Origin: Bacteroidota bacterium
Lineage (GTDB): Bacteria; Bacteroidota; Bacteroidia; Chitinophagales; Chitinophagaceae
Assembly: GCA_025363385.1 (NCBI GenBank)
Contig: JANYEA010000105.1
Coordinates: 25,038 to 89,037 of the forward strand
Direction: 5' to 3'
DNA: 64,000 bases
Shown here piece by piece: positions 18,164 through 28,504 of the stretch; the stretch's first letter is position 1; each line of letters begins with the position of its first letter. The position numbers and the translations under genes were made by a program. The notes under the pieces were generated by a model, which saw nothing but the letters and a program-made list of their open reading frames with translations, did not search any database and was not told the DNA's origin.

Positions 18164-19897
18164 ATGGAAACTTTAGAAGTAAAAAAAGAAACCGTAGCAA
18201 AGCAAACACAAACTATCAATGGCTCACAAGCGGTGTTAGAAGCATTTGTATCGGAAGGAGTGGATACCATTTTTGGTTATCCCGGCGGCGCAATCATGCC
18301 GATTTATGATGCACTTTATGATTATCATGATAAACTAAAACATATACTTGTTCGTCATGAACAAGGTGGCATACACGCTGGTCAGGGTTATGCTCGTGCT
18401 TCTGGAAGAGTGGGTGTGGTTTTCGGAACAAGTGGTCCGGGTGCCACAAATTTAGTAACAGGTTTAGCCGATGCGATGATCGATAGTACGCCACTTGTTT
18501 GTATCACTGGTCAGGTATTTGCACACTTATTAGGTACAGATGCATTTCAGGAAATTGATGTGATCAATATTACCACTCCAGTAACTAAATGGAATTATCA
18601 AGTAACTGACGCCAATGAAATTCCAGCTGTTTTAGCAAAGGCTTTTTATATTGCAAGAACAGGACGTCCCGGACCAGTTTTAATCGACATTACAAAAAAT
18701 GCCCAATTACAATTATTCGAATATGAAGGTTATACCCCTTGCACACATATCAGATCATATCGCCCTAAACCTATTGTTCGAAAAGAATTTGTAGCTGAAG
18801 CAGCAGAACTCATTAATAAAGCCGAGAAGCCTTTTGTGATCTTCGGACAAGGTGTAATTCTAGGTAAAGCGGAAAAAGAATTTAAAGCATTTATTGAGAA
18901 GGCTGGTCTTCCTGCAGCATGGACAGTAATGGGCTTAAGTGCATTAGACTCAGACCATCCTTTGAATGTTGGAATGCTTGGAATGCATGGTAACTATGGA
19001 CCGAATGTTTTAACGAATGAATGCGATGTGTTGATTGCCATTGGTATGCGATTCGACGATCGTGTAACTGGTCGCTTAGATAAATACGCCAAACAAGCCA
19101 AAGTAATTCACCTTGATATTGATCCTTCAGAAATTGATAAGAATGTAAAAGCTACAGTAGGTGTTTGGGGAGATTGTAAAGAAACACTTCCGTTGTTAAC
19201 TAAATTAGTAGAAGAAAAACAACATATAGCCTGGGTTAATAAGTTCAATGAATACATGGCAGAAGAAGTCAAAGAAGTTATTCATGAAGAACTGAATCCA
19301 ACTGATGATATTTTAACTATGGGCGAAGTAATTCGTAACCTAAATGAATTAACAAATGGAAATGCTATCATAGTAACTGATGTGGGTCAACACCAAATGG
19401 TAGCTTGCCGTTATGCCAAGTTCAATCAATCAAAAAGTAATATCACTTCAGGTGGCTTAGGTACTATGGGATTTGGTTTGCCTGCAGCAATTGGTGCAAA
19501 GTTTGGTGCACCAGATCGCCAGGTAATTACCATTATTGGTGATGGAGGTTTTCAAATGACTTTGCAAGAATTAGGAACAATTATGCAAAATGAAGTAGAT
19601 GTGAAAATCCTCATTCTGAATAACCAATTCCTTGGGATGGTACGTCAGTGGCAGCAATTGTTCATGGATAAGCGCTATTCCTTTGTGGATATTGCCAGTC
19701 CTGATTATGTAACACTTGCAAAAGCCTATGGAATAGAAGGTCAGCGTGTGAATCAACGTGAGATCTTGCACGACGCATTATCTACCATGTTACATCATAA
19801 AGGATCATACCTGTTAGAAGTAATGGTAGGTAAGGAAAATAATGTGTTTCCAATGGTGCCGCAGGGTTGCAGCGTAAGTGAAATCAGGTTAAAATAA
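18164..19897 (+). CDS. ilvB: Acetolactate synthase, large (catalytic) subunit
   Basis: 577 aa. The N-terminus is GYPGGAIMPIYDAL, and the TPP motif is GDGGFQMTLQELGT...NNQFLGMVRQWQ. Confidence 0.95.
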   Translation: METLEVKKETVAKQTQTINGSQAVLEAFVSEGVDTIFGYPGGAIMPIYDALYDYHDKLKHILVRHEQGGIHAGQGYARASGRVGVVFGTSGPGATNLVTGLADAMIDSTPLVCITGQVFAHLLGTDAFQEIDVINITTPVTKWNYQVTDANEIPAVLAKAFYIARTGRPGPVLIDITKNAQLQLFEYEGYTPCTHIRSYRPKPIVRKEFVAEAAELINKAEKPFVIFGQGVILGKAEKEFKAFIEKAGLPAAWTVMGLSALDSDHPLNVGMLGMHGNYGPNVLTNECDVLIAIGMRFDDRVTGRLDKYAKQAKVIHLDIDPSEIDKNVKATVGVWGDCKETLPLLTKLVEEKQHIAWVNKFNEYMAEEVKEVIHEELNPTDDILTMGEVIRNLNELTNGNAIIVTDVGQHQMVACRYAKFNQSKSNITSGGLGTMGFGLPAAIGAKFGAPDRQVITIIGDGGFQMTLQELGTIMQNEVDVKILILNNQFLGMVRQWQQLFMDKRYSFVDIASPDYVTLAKAYGIEGQRVNQREILHDALSTMLHHKGSYLLEVMVGKENNVFPMVPQGCSVSEIRLK

Positions 19898-19935
19898 GCA
19901 TATCTTATCATTAAAAATTCCCTAAGGGGTTGGCT

Positions 19936-20526
19936 ATGAATAAACAAGAATTTACCATCACCGTTTATACCGAAAACCATATTGGTTTATTGGTACGGAT
20001 TGCTACCATGTTCTCTCGTAGAAAAATAAATATCGAAAGTTTAAATACCTCACCTTCCGAAGAAGAAGGAATTCATCGCTTTACTATCGTGATCAATGAG
20101 TTTGAAGAAGTGGTTCGAAAACTGGCCCGACAAATTGAAAAACAAGTAGAAGTTTTAAAAGCTTATTACAATACAAATGACGAGATTGTTTGGCAGGAAT
20201 TAGCATTGTATAAAGTATCGACCGACGAAATTGCAGAAAAGGTACAAGTAGAAAGATTGCTTCGCGAACACGGTGCAAGAGCCGTGGTGATTCGTAAAGA
20301 CTATACCGTTTTTGAAACAAGTGGCCATAGAGAAGAAACAGATAAACTGGTAGAAGTATTGGCTCCTTATGGTTTGATTGAGTTTGTAAGAAGTGCAAGA
20401 GTTGCTATCATTAAAGCATCTCATGGCTTCCACGAAAAACTAAGAGAATTCGAAGAAGCCATGCCAGGTGAAGAGCAAATTGAAAATGAATTTCTTAATA
20501 AGCAGGAAGGAATTTTTACCATGTAA
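19936..20526 (+). CDS. ilvN: Acetolactate synthase, small (regulatory) subunit
   Basis: The ATG at 19936 gives MNKQEFTITVYTENHIGLLVRIATMFSRRKINIESL, an ACT domain typical of IlvN/IlvH. The gene follows ilvB. Confidence 0.9.
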   Translation: MNKQEFTITVYTENHIGLLVRIATMFSRRKINIESLNTSPSEEEGIHRFTIVINEFEEVVRKLARQIEKQVEVLKAYYNTNDEIVWQELALYKVSTDEIAEKVQVERLLREHGARAVVIRKDYTVFETSGHREETDKLVEVLAPYGLIEFVRSARVAIIKASHGFHEKLREFEEAMPGEEQIENEFLNKQEGIFTM

Positions 20527-20605
20527 TATTTAAAATAAAATTGAACTAAAATATTCATCAACAAAACCAGGCTCTCAAAAGATCTTGGAAAACAAAACAA
20601 AACAA

Positions 20606-22090
20606 ATGGGCAATTATTTTAACACACTATCATTAAGAGAAAAGCTGAATCAATTAGGCGTATGTGAATTCATGGACAAAAGCGAATTTGCAGATGGCGT
20701 AAACAAATTGAAAGGAAAGAAAATAGTGATCGTTGGTTGCGGCGCACAAGGTTTGAACCAAGGTTTAAACTTACGCGACTCCGGTTTAGATGTTTCTTAT
20801 ACATTACGTAAAGAAGCCATTGAAGCTAAACGTCAGTCATGGATATCTGCTACTGAAAATAATTTTACAGTAGGTACATACGAAGAACTAATTCCAAATG
20901 CCGACTTAGTAATAAATCTTACACCTGATAAACAACATACTTCCGTAATCAATGCGATTATGCCATTGATGAAACTGGGAGCTACTCTCTCTTATTCGCA
21001 TGGATTTAATATTGTGGAAGAAGGAATGCAAATTCGTAAGGATATCACTGTAATCATGGTGGCTCCTAAATGCCCGGGTTCTGAAGTTCGTGCAGAATAT
21101 CAACGCGGATTTGGAGTACCAACTTTAATTGCTGTTCATCCGGAGAATGATCCGGAAGAAAAAGGTTGGGAATATGCAAAAGCATATTGCGCAGGTACTG
21201 GTGGACACAGAGCAGGCGTTTTACAATCCTCTTTTGTGGCTGAAGTAAAATCAGATTTAATGGGTGAGCAAACCATCCTTTGTGGTTTGTTACAAACCGG
21301 ATCGATCCTTTGTTTTGATAAAATGGTAGAGAAAGGAATTGATAAAGGATATGCTTCTAAATTAATCCAATACGGATGGGAAGTAGTTACCGAAGCTTTA
21401 AAGCAAGGTGGTATCACTGCCATGATGGATCGCTTATCTAATCCTGCAAAAATCAAAGCTTACGAGTTGTCTGAAGAATTAAAAGACATCATGCGTAGCT
21501 TATTCCAAAAACACCAGGACGATATCATGAGCGGAGAATTCTCTAAGACCATGATGGAAGACTGGGCTAATAACGATAAAAATTTATTGACCTGGAGAGC
21601 CGCCACCGGTGAAACTGCATTTGAAAAAACACCTGCAGGTGATGTAAAAATTGCAGAGCAAGAATTTTTCGATAACGGATTGTTGATGGTTGCTTTTGTT
21701 CGTGCAGGTGTAGAATTGGCTTTTGAAACAATGGTTGAATCTGGCATTAAAGAAGAATCTGCTTACTACGAATCATTACACGAAACTCCATTAATCGCTA
21801 ATACGATCGCTCGTAAGAAGTTATTCGAAATGAACCGGGTTATCTCTGATACTGCAGAATACGGTTGTTATTTGTTTGATCACGCTTGTAAGCCCCTATT
21901 GGCCGATTTTATGAAAAAAGTAGAAACTAATGTTATTGGTAAGAACTTTAACGCAGGTAGCGATGCAGGTGTTGATAATAAAGTAATCATTGCAGTGAAT
22001 GAAGTAATTCGTTTTCATCCAGTTGAAATGATAGGGGCTGAATTACGTAGAGCTATGACTGATATGAAAACGATCAGCACCGTTTCTTAA
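20606..22090 (+). CDS. ilvC: Ketol-acid reductoisomerase, long (class II) form
   Basis: The ATG at 20606 gives [18 protein letters not shown], close to the E. coli IlvC N-terminus. The Rossmann motif [17 protein letters not shown] is present. About 494 aa. Confidence 0.95.
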   Translation: MGNYFNTLSLREKLNQLGVCEFMDKSEFADGVNKLKGKKIVIVGCGAQGLNQGLNLRDSGLDVSYTLRKEAIEAKRQSWISATENNFTVGTYEELIPNADLVINLTPDKQHTSVINAIMPLMKLGATLSYSHGFNIVEEGMQIRKDITVIMVAPKCPGSEVRAEYQRGFGVPTLIAVHPENDPEEKGWEYAKAYCAGTGGHRAGVLQSSFVAEVKSDLMGEQTILCGLLQTGSILCFDKMVEKGIDKGYASKLIQYGWEVVTEALKQGGITAMMDRLSNPAKIKAYELSEELKDIMRSLFQKHQDDIMSGEFSKTMMEDWANNDKNLLTWRAATGETAFEKTPAGDVKIAEQEFFDNGLLMVAFVRAGVELAFETMVESGIKEESAYYESLHETPLIANTIARKKLFEMNRVISDTAEYGCYLFDHACKPLLADFMKKVETNVIGKNFNAGSDAGVDNKVIIAVNEVIRFHPVEMIGAELRRAMTDMKTISTVS

Positions 22091-22114
22091 GTTCTTTTGA
22101 TAAAAATTAAGACC

Positions 22115-22149
22115 AGGAACTGCTAAAATTAATTATCTTAGCAGTTCCT
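22115..22149 (+). terminator. Perfect 12-bp hairpin after ilvC (terminator-like, no U-tract)
   Basis: AGGAACTGCTAA (22115-22126) and TTAGCAGTTCCT (22138-22149) are separated by an 11-nt loop. The hairpin is followed by TAATATATG rather than a T-run. Confidence 0.55.
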
Positions 22150-22155
22150 TAATAT

Positions 22156-22251
22156 ATGTATTTACAGCAAAACCATATTTATACTCCTTCGTCAACAGCA
22201 TCGCTGTTGCTTGCTGCTGTAACATTTACAACAACAACTACGACCCTGTAA
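22156..22251 (+). CDS. Putative thr operon leader peptide (31 aa, Thr run)
   Basis: My translation is MYLQQNHIYTPSSTASLLLAAVTFTTTTTTL*. There are six consecutive Thr codons (ACA ACA ACA ACT ACG ACC at 22228-22245). The stop codon lies 103 nt upstream of the thrA ATG. Confidence 0.75.
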   Translation: MYLQQNHIYTPSSTASLLLAAVTFTTTTTTL

Positions 22252-22354
22252 GGGGTTGTAATTTCCATATTATCCATGGGCTGTTGTTTACAGCTGTATT
22301 CAAAAAGAAAATTTCGTTTTAAAAATCTTCCTTCTGGAATTAGAAATAATAAAT

Positions 22355-24799
22355 ATGCAAGTTTTAAAATTCGGCGGCAGTTCAGTAGCCAATGCTACTA
22401 ACATGAACAAAGTAGTAGAAATAGTTTTGGAAGCCGCTATTAAAGAACCCACCATTTTAGTGGTTTCTGCAATGGGTGGCGTAACAGATAGCTTGATCAA
22501 TACTGGAAAATTGGCCGAATCTGGTGATGAGTCTTACAAAACTATTTTGAAAGAACTGGAACAAAAACACCTTGATGCCGTTAGAGACATATTACCCATT
22601 CAACAACAAAGTGCTACACTTAGTCAGGTTAAACAAAAATTCAACGAACTGGAAGCCATCAGTGATGGTATATTCTTGTTAGGTGAATTATCCGACAGAA
22701 CAAATGATAAAATGGTAAGTTTCGGCGAACTTCTTTCCTCATTAATGATTGCAGCAAAGCTTAAGTCGATCGAAGCATCCAGCATATGGGTAGACTCTCG
22801 ATTACTCATCCGTACAAACTCTAATCATGGAAATGCTACGGTTGATTTTGCGCTTACTACTGAAAATATTACTGGCTTCTTTAATACGTATGCCGCCAAA
22901 ATATATATTGCTCCCGGATTTATTTCTAGCGATATTCATGAACATACCACTACTTTAGGAAGGGGTGGATCTGATTATACAGGAGCCATTTACGCATCTG
23001 CTTTACAAGCATCTGTATTAGAAATTTGGACCGATGTGAGTGGTATGATGACAGCCGATCCAAGGCTTGTGAATAATGCAAGACCGATCCATCGAATCTC
23101 TTATCAAGAGGCAATGGAGTTATCTCATTTTGGTGCTAAGATCATTTATCCGCCCACCATTCAACCTGTTATGAAACAAAATATTCCTGTTTGGATCAAA
23201 AACACTTTTGCTCCCCAAGAATATGGTACACTCATTGAAAATAGTTCAGCACATACCGATAATATTATACGTGGAATTTCTTCGATCAATAAAATTAGCC
23301 TGCTAAGTTTAGAAGGTAGTGGCATGGTGGGAATTCCAGGTTTTTCAAAAAGGTTGTTTGAAGCATTGGCAAACGAAACGGTGAATGTTATTTTAATTAC
23401 ACAAAGTTCTTCCGAGCATTCGATTTGTGTGGGTATCAATGAGTCAGAGACTGCGAAAGCCAAACGAGTCATTGATCATGCATTTAGTTTTGAGATTCAA
23501 AGCGGAAAAGTAGAGCCTTTAAAAGTTGAAAAAGGATTATCCATTGTGGCGTTGGTGGGCGAACAAATGAAAAGTCACCCGGGCATCAGCGGTAAAATGT
23601 TTGGTGTGCTTGGCAGAAACGGTATTAATGTAAGAGCCATTGCGCAAGGTTCTTCAGAGAAAAACATATCAGCCGTATTATCTGCATTTGATGTTCAAAA
23701 GGCAATTAACGTTCTGCATGAAGAATTTTTTGAAACAACATATAAGCAGCTGAACCTGTTTATAGCTGGTACAGGAAATGTAGGAGGAAAGTTAATAGCG
23801 CAAATACAAAAACAATATCAGTACTTACAAGATAATCTTCGTTTACAAATACGAGTAATTGGTTTAGCAAATAGCAAAAGCAATTTAATTAATGAAGAAG
23901 GAATTGATCTGGCCATTTGGAAAAATAAATTAACAGAAGCTCCGAATGGTTCTATTCATGATTTTGTAGATGCCATTAGAAAATTGAATTTGAGAAACAG
24001 TGTATTTGTAGATGTAACTGCAAATGCTGATGTGGCATCCGTGTATAGCAAATTATTAGATAAGAGTATTTCAGTGGTAGCCTGCAATAAAATTGCTTGC
24101 TCTTCTTCCTATGCATCTTATCAGCATTTAAAGTCACTGGCTCGTGAATTCAATGCATTATATCTCTATGAAACCAATGTAGGTGCTGGATTACCTGTAA
24201 TTGGAACTTTAAATGACCTTTTACGAAGTGGTGATCAGGTTACAAAAATTCAAGCAGTACTATCGGGAACACTTAATTTTGTATTTAATCATTATGATGG
24301 TACAAAGCCATTTGCAAAAGTTGTTCGTCAGGCACAAGAAGAAGGATACACAGAACCAGATCCACGTTTAGATTTGGGTGGTACTGATGTGATGCGCAAG
24401 ATTATGATATTGGCTCGCGAGGCAGGGCAGAAATTAGAAATGGAAGATATCAGTAATGAATACTTTTTACCAGCATCTTGTTTTGAAGGTTCCGTTGCAG
24501 ATTTTTATGCAGAAATGGAAAAACAAGAATCGCATTTCAAAGCTATTTACGAAGCGGCTGCCGCCAATAATTGCAAATTGAAATTTGTAGCCACTTATGA
24601 AAATGGAAAAGCTTCTGTGGGGCTTCAACATATTCCATCCAATTCAGACTTTTACCATTTATACGGGAAAGATAATTTGGTATTATTCTTCACCGAACGA
24701 TATCCAGAACAACCCTTAGTGATCAAAGGAGCCGGTGCGGGTGCAGAGGTAACAGCCTCGGGTGTATTTGCAGACATTATTCGTGTAGCAAGGGTATAG
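22355..24799 (+). CDS. thrA: Bifunctional aspartate kinase / homoserine dehydrogenase I
   Basis: 814 aa. It has an N-terminal kinase (MQVLKFGGSSVAN), central ACT-like repeats and a C-terminal homoserine dehydrogenase (FIAGTGNVGG...GAGAGAEVTASGVFADI). Confidence 0.95.
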   Translation: MQVLKFGGSSVANATNMNKVVEIVLEAAIKEPTILVVSAMGGVTDSLINTGKLAESGDESYKTILKELEQKHLDAVRDILPIQQQSATLSQVKQKFNELEAISDGIFLLGELSDRTNDKMVSFGELLSSLMIAAKLKSIEASSIWVDSRLLIRTNSNHGNATVDFALTTENITGFFNTYAAKIYIAPGFISSDIHEHTTTLGRGGSDYTGAIYASALQASVLEIWTDVSGMMTADPRLVNNARPIHRISYQEAMELSHFGAKIIYPPTIQPVMKQNIPVWIKNTFAPQEYGTLIENSSAHTDNIIRGISSINKISLLSLEGSGMVGIPGFSKRLFEALANETVNVILITQSSSEHSICVGINESETAKAKRVIDHAFSFEIQSGKVEPLKVEKGLSIVALVGEQMKSHPGISGKMFGVLGRNGINVRAIAQGSSEKNISAVLSAFDVQKAINVLHEEFFETTYKQLNLFIAGTGNVGGKLIAQIQKQYQYLQDNLRLQIRVIGLANSKSNLINEEGIDLAIWKNKLTEAPNGSIHDFVDAIRKLNLRNSVFVDVTANADVASVYSKLLDKSISVVACNKIACSSSYASYQHLKSLAREFNALYLYETNVGAGLPVIGTLNDLLRSGDQVTKIQAVLSGTLNFVFNHYDGTKPFAKVVRQAQEEGYTEPDPRLDLGGTDVMRKIMILAREAGQKLEMEDISNEYFLPASCFEGSVADFYAEMEKQESHFKAIYEAAAANNCKLKFVATYENGKASVGLQHIPSNSDFYHLYGKDNLVLFFTERYPEQPLVIKGAGAGAEVTASGVFADIIRVARV

Positions 24800-24827
24800 T
24801 ATTTCTCATCTTAATGAACCAAAGATT

Positions 24828-25778
24828 ATGAACAATATTTATAAAGGTCTGGATCTGGATAGAATAGTAAAAATTCATGCCCCTGCTACCGTTGCCAATA
24901 TGGTCTGTGGTTTCGATATATTAGGTTTTGCAGTAAACGAACCCTACGATGAAATGCAGATTCGTTTTTCTGATAAATCAGGTATCACTATCATTAATGA
25001 TGATGAATATAATTTGCCCACCGAACCAGAAAAAAATGTGGCAGGTGCGGCATTGATTGCGATGATGGATGAAATAGAAACCGGATTTGGATTTGAACTA
25101 ACAATCAAAAAAAACATCAAACCTGGAAGTGGTGTGGGTTCTAGTGCGGCAAGTGCTGCGGGTGCTGTTGTGGCTGCCAATCGTTTACTCAATGATCGAT
25201 TCGACAAAGAAAACTTGGTTCGTTTTGCCATGAACGGCGAAAAATTAGCTTCAGGTGTAAAGCACGCAGACAATATTGCCCCCTGTATTTATGGTGGAGT
25301 TACGCTTATCCGTTCTATTTTCCCTTTAGATATTGTAGCACTGAATGCGCCAACTTTATTTGTAACCATAGTACATCCGCAAATCGAAGTAAAAACTTCC
25401 GACGCCAGAAGTATCTTAAAACATAAGGTATTACTAAAAGACGCCATTAAACAATGGGGTAATATTGCAGGTTTGGTAGCGGGCTTATTACAATCAGATT
25501 ATGAATTAATAGGACGCTCATTAGAAGATGTGATCATTGAACCTGTGCGAAGTATCCTGATTCCTGGTTTTGATCTTGTAAAGCAAAAGAGTAAAGAAGC
25601 TGGTGCATTGGGTGGCGGCATTTCTGGAAGTGGTCCTTCCATCTTTATGCTTAGCAAAGATGAAGCAACCGCACTTGTTGTTGAAAAAGAAATGAAATCG
25701 ATTTACGAGAAATTAGGATTAGATCACCATACTTATGTTACTACCATGAACCATCATGGTGTTCAATTTGTATCATAA
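24828..25778 (+). CDS. thrB: Homoserine kinase
   Basis: 316 aa. The GHMP kinase motif IKPGSGVGSSAASAAGAV is present, and the gene sits between thrA and thrC. Confidence 0.9.
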   Translation: MNNIYKGLDLDRIVKIHAPATVANMVCGFDILGFAVNEPYDEMQIRFSDKSGITIINDDEYNLPTEPEKNVAGAALIAMMDEIETGFGFELTIKKNIKPGSGVGSSAASAAGAVVAANRLLNDRFDKENLVRFAMNGEKLASGVKHADNIAPCIYGGVTLIRSIFPLDIVALNAPTLFVTIVHPQIEVKTSDARSILKHKVLLKDAIKQWGNIAGLVAGLLQSDYELIGRSLEDVIIEPVRSILIPGFDLVKQKSKEAGALGGGISGSGPSIFMLSKDEATALVVEKEMKSIYEKLGLDHHTYVTTMNHHGVQFVS

Positions 25779-25791
25779 ATTTATTCTGATC

Positions 25792-27093
25792 ATGAACTAT
25801 TATAGCCTTAATAAAAAAGCAGCAAACGTTGATTTTCGCGATGCTACTATCAAGGGGCAAGCACCTGACAAGGGTTTATATTTTCCAGAAAGAATACCCA
25901 TAGTAGATGCAGATACTATAAAAAATATTGGCAACTATTCTAAGGAAGCGTTGGCACTTGAAATTATGTTGCCTTATGTTGGCAATACTATTTCCAAAAC
26001 TGATTTACAAAAGATTGTTACAGAAACCATACACTTTCCTTTTCCACTTGTACCTGTAAATAACGATATCTATTCGCTGGAATTATTCCACGGACCAACA
26101 CTTGCATTTAAAGATGTAGGTGCACGTTTTATGAGCAGGTGTCTGGGCTATTTCTCTACGCAGCAGGAAAAAAAAATTACTGTATTAGTGGCAACTTCTG
26201 GAGATACTGGCGGAGCTGTTGCAAACGGATTCCTGGGTGTTGAGGGAGTAGAAGTAGTTATTTTATATCCTTCCGGTAAAGTAAGTCCTGTGCAGGAATT
26301 GCAGTTAACTACTTGTGGACAAAACATCAAAGCCCTCGAAGTAAAAGGAAGTTTCGACGATTGTCAGGCCATGGTAAAAGATGCATTCATGGATGCAGAT
26401 CTTAATAATCATCTCACACTTACTTCAGCCAATAGCATTAACGTAGCAAGATGGTTACCACAGCAATTATATTATTTCTTTGCGTATCAACAATGGATCA
26501 AAGAGAACGATACAGCACCTGTTATATCGGTACCTAGTGGCAACTTCGGTAATATTTGTGCGGGGTTATTAGCACATGTGAGTGGCTTACCTGTAGATCA
26601 TTTTATTGCAGCATGCAATGTAAATGATGCCGTACCAGAATATTTGCGAACAGGTAATTATCAATCTAAAAAAGCAGTGTCTACTATTTCAAATGCAATG
26701 GATGTGGGAAGCCCGAGTAATTTTGTGCGGGTATTAGAATTATTTCAGAGCTCTTATCAAACCATTAGTGAAAAAATATCTGGCTATACAGTAAGCGATA
26801 AAATTACCATGCAAACCATCGCTAGTGTGTATCAAAATAATCATTACCTATTAGATCCGCATGGAGCAGTTGCTTATTATGCATTAAGCGAATACTTAGG
26901 ATCTCATCCAGGAAAAAAAGGAATGATATTAGAAACCGCGCATCCGGTTAAATTTCCAGATACAGTGGAAGAAGTAATTGGAAAATCCATTGAGATTCCA
27001 GATTCGGTAAAACCATTATTTAGTCTGGTAAAGAAATCTGTTTTAATCGATCCTACATTTTCTGAGTTGAAGAGTTGGTTGTTAACAAGGTAA
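25792..27093 (+). CDS. thrC: Threonine synthase
   Basis: The ATG at 25792 (MNYYSLNKK...) lies just after the thrB stop. The PLP-lysine context is FHGPTLAFKDVGARF, followed by SGDTGGAV. Confidence 0.9.
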   Translation: MNYYSLNKKAANVDFRDATIKGQAPDKGLYFPERIPIVDADTIKNIGNYSKEALALEIMLPYVGNTISKTDLQKIVTETIHFPFPLVPVNNDIYSLELFHGPTLAFKDVGARFMSRCLGYFSTQQEKKITVLVATSGDTGGAVANGFLGVEGVEVVILYPSGKVSPVQELQLTTCGQNIKALEVKGSFDDCQAMVKDAFMDADLNNHLTLTSANSINVARWLPQQLYYFFAYQQWIKENDTAPVISVPSGNFGNICAGLLAHVSGLPVDHFIAACNVNDAVPEYLRTGNYQSKKAVSTISNAMDVGSPSNFVRVLELFQSSYQTISEKISGYTVSDKITMQTIASVYQNNHYLLDPHGAVAYYALSEYLGSHPGKKGMILETAHPVKFPDTVEEVIGKSIEIPDSVKPLFSLVKKSVLIDPTFSELKSWLLTR

Positions 27094-27109
27094 AAATATT
27101 CATAAGTTT

Positions 27110-28405
27110 TTACTTCAACTTCCAAGCACCACGAATCTTTGCCTTCACCAATTGATTTGCTTCAGCATCATTTTTAAATTGCTCTTTGATGGGATCCCAT
27201 TCTAAATTTCTTCTGGTTTGATAAGCAATATTTGCTAAACAACATACCGAACTGGTACGATGCCCAGTCTCCACATCGCAGATAGGTTGCACCCCGGTTT
27301 TAATACCATCTAACCAATTCTGGTAATGATTATCGCTATTATACAACCTTATTTCATTCGGTTGAATAGATGCTTTTGCAATATTTGCCGGATTACTATC
27401 TAGGTATTCTCGGGCAATATCAATGGTTCCATTTTCGCCTATAAAACGAACACCAAAATTCCTACCGAAATCGGCATGTTTCATCACAACGCCATTCGAA
27501 TAGATCATTTCTAGACCCTTCAATTCATTACCCTTTGGTGGATTAAATGAAACTGGGCCAGATTTATCCATACCCAATGCCCATTGTGCAATATCAAACA
27601 TATGTGCACCCCAATCACTTAACACACCACCACCATAATCTTTATAAGCTCTCCAGTGCGGATAAATATCCTGTTCAACAGGAGGAGATAATTCTGTATG
27701 ATATGGATTGAATAAAGCCGGACCAACCCATCCTTCCCAATCAAGATATGTAGGTGTTGACATGGGTGTTAAATTATAAGCAATTCCTGGATCACCTACA
27801 TTGACCAACACTTCTTTTATATTTCCGAGATAACCATTACGCACTAATTCTGATGCATGCCTGAAATTTTTCCAGGAACGTTGCATACTTCCTACTTGCA
27901 GCACTACATTATTTTTTTGCACTGCATGTACCATTGCTCTTCCTTCTTCAATAGAATGAGCCATTGGTTTTTCCACGTAAACATGTTTACCTGCATTGGC
28001 TGCCATCACTGTCATCACTGCATGCCAATGATCGGGTGTGGCAATTACCACCGCATCAATATCTTTTCTTTCAAGTAATTCTCTAAAATCACTATAGCCT
28101 TTAAATCCTTTGTACTCACCTTTTTGCGCAGCTTCTGCATGTATTTTCTCGGCAATTTTTTGAAAAGCCACTAACTTTTGCGAATCCACATCAGAGCCAG
28201 CCACGGCCTGTGCGATGGATCGAAAACTATTGATGAGGCTTTTAGACTGTTTACCAGTTCCAATATATCCCAAGCTGATACGATCGCTTGGTGCTAAATA
28301 TCCTCTGCCCATTACAAAGCGAGGAATGATGGTAAAGCCGATGGCTGCTTTAATTCCGTTTCCAACAAATGAACGGCGACTAACCGTTTTTAGATTGGTT
28401 GTCAT
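27110..28405 (-). CDS. Gfo/Idh/MocA-family oxidoreductase with twin-arginine signal
   Basis: 431 aa. The N-terminus MTTNLKTVSRRSFVGNGIKAAIGF is TAT-like. The Rossmann region is LGYIGTGKQS...DAVVIATPDHWH. Confidence 0.85.
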   Translation of the reverse strand: MTTNLKTVSRRSFVGNGIKAAIGFTIIPRFVMGRGYLAPSDRISLGYIGTGKQSKSLINSFRSIAQAVAGSDVDSQKLVAFQKIAEKIHAEAAQKGEYKGFKGYSDFRELLERKDIDAVVIATPDHWHAVMTVMAANAGKHVYVEKPMAHSIEEGRAMVHAVQKNNVVLQVGSMQRSWKNFRHASELVRNGYLGNIKEVLVNVGDPGIAYNLTPMSTPTYLDWEGWVGPALFNPYHTELSPPVEQDIYPHWRAYKDYGGGVLSDWGAHMFDIAQWALGMDKSGPVSFNPPKGNELKGLEMIYSNGVVMKHADFGRNFGVRFIGENGTIDIAREYLDSNPANIAKASIQPNEIRLYNSDNHYQNWLDGIKTGVQPICDVETGHRTSSVCCLANIAYQTRRNLEWDPIKEQFKNDAEANQLVKAKIRGAWKLK

Positions 28406-28504
28406 ATGGCAAGTATTTGAATAGAAATTTAATGCATTCTACGATCAAAAGAAAATTTATTGGATAATCGTTACCTTCCAAAATCAATTTATTTAAACTG
28501 CCGT

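Noticed and set aside
22252-22354. A canonical intrinsic terminator for the thr leader.
   Set aside because: I found only short stems (GCTGT/ACAGC at 22280-22294 and TACGACCC/GGGTTGTA at 22239-22260) with no convincing U-tract. I therefore did not annotate a terminator feature here.
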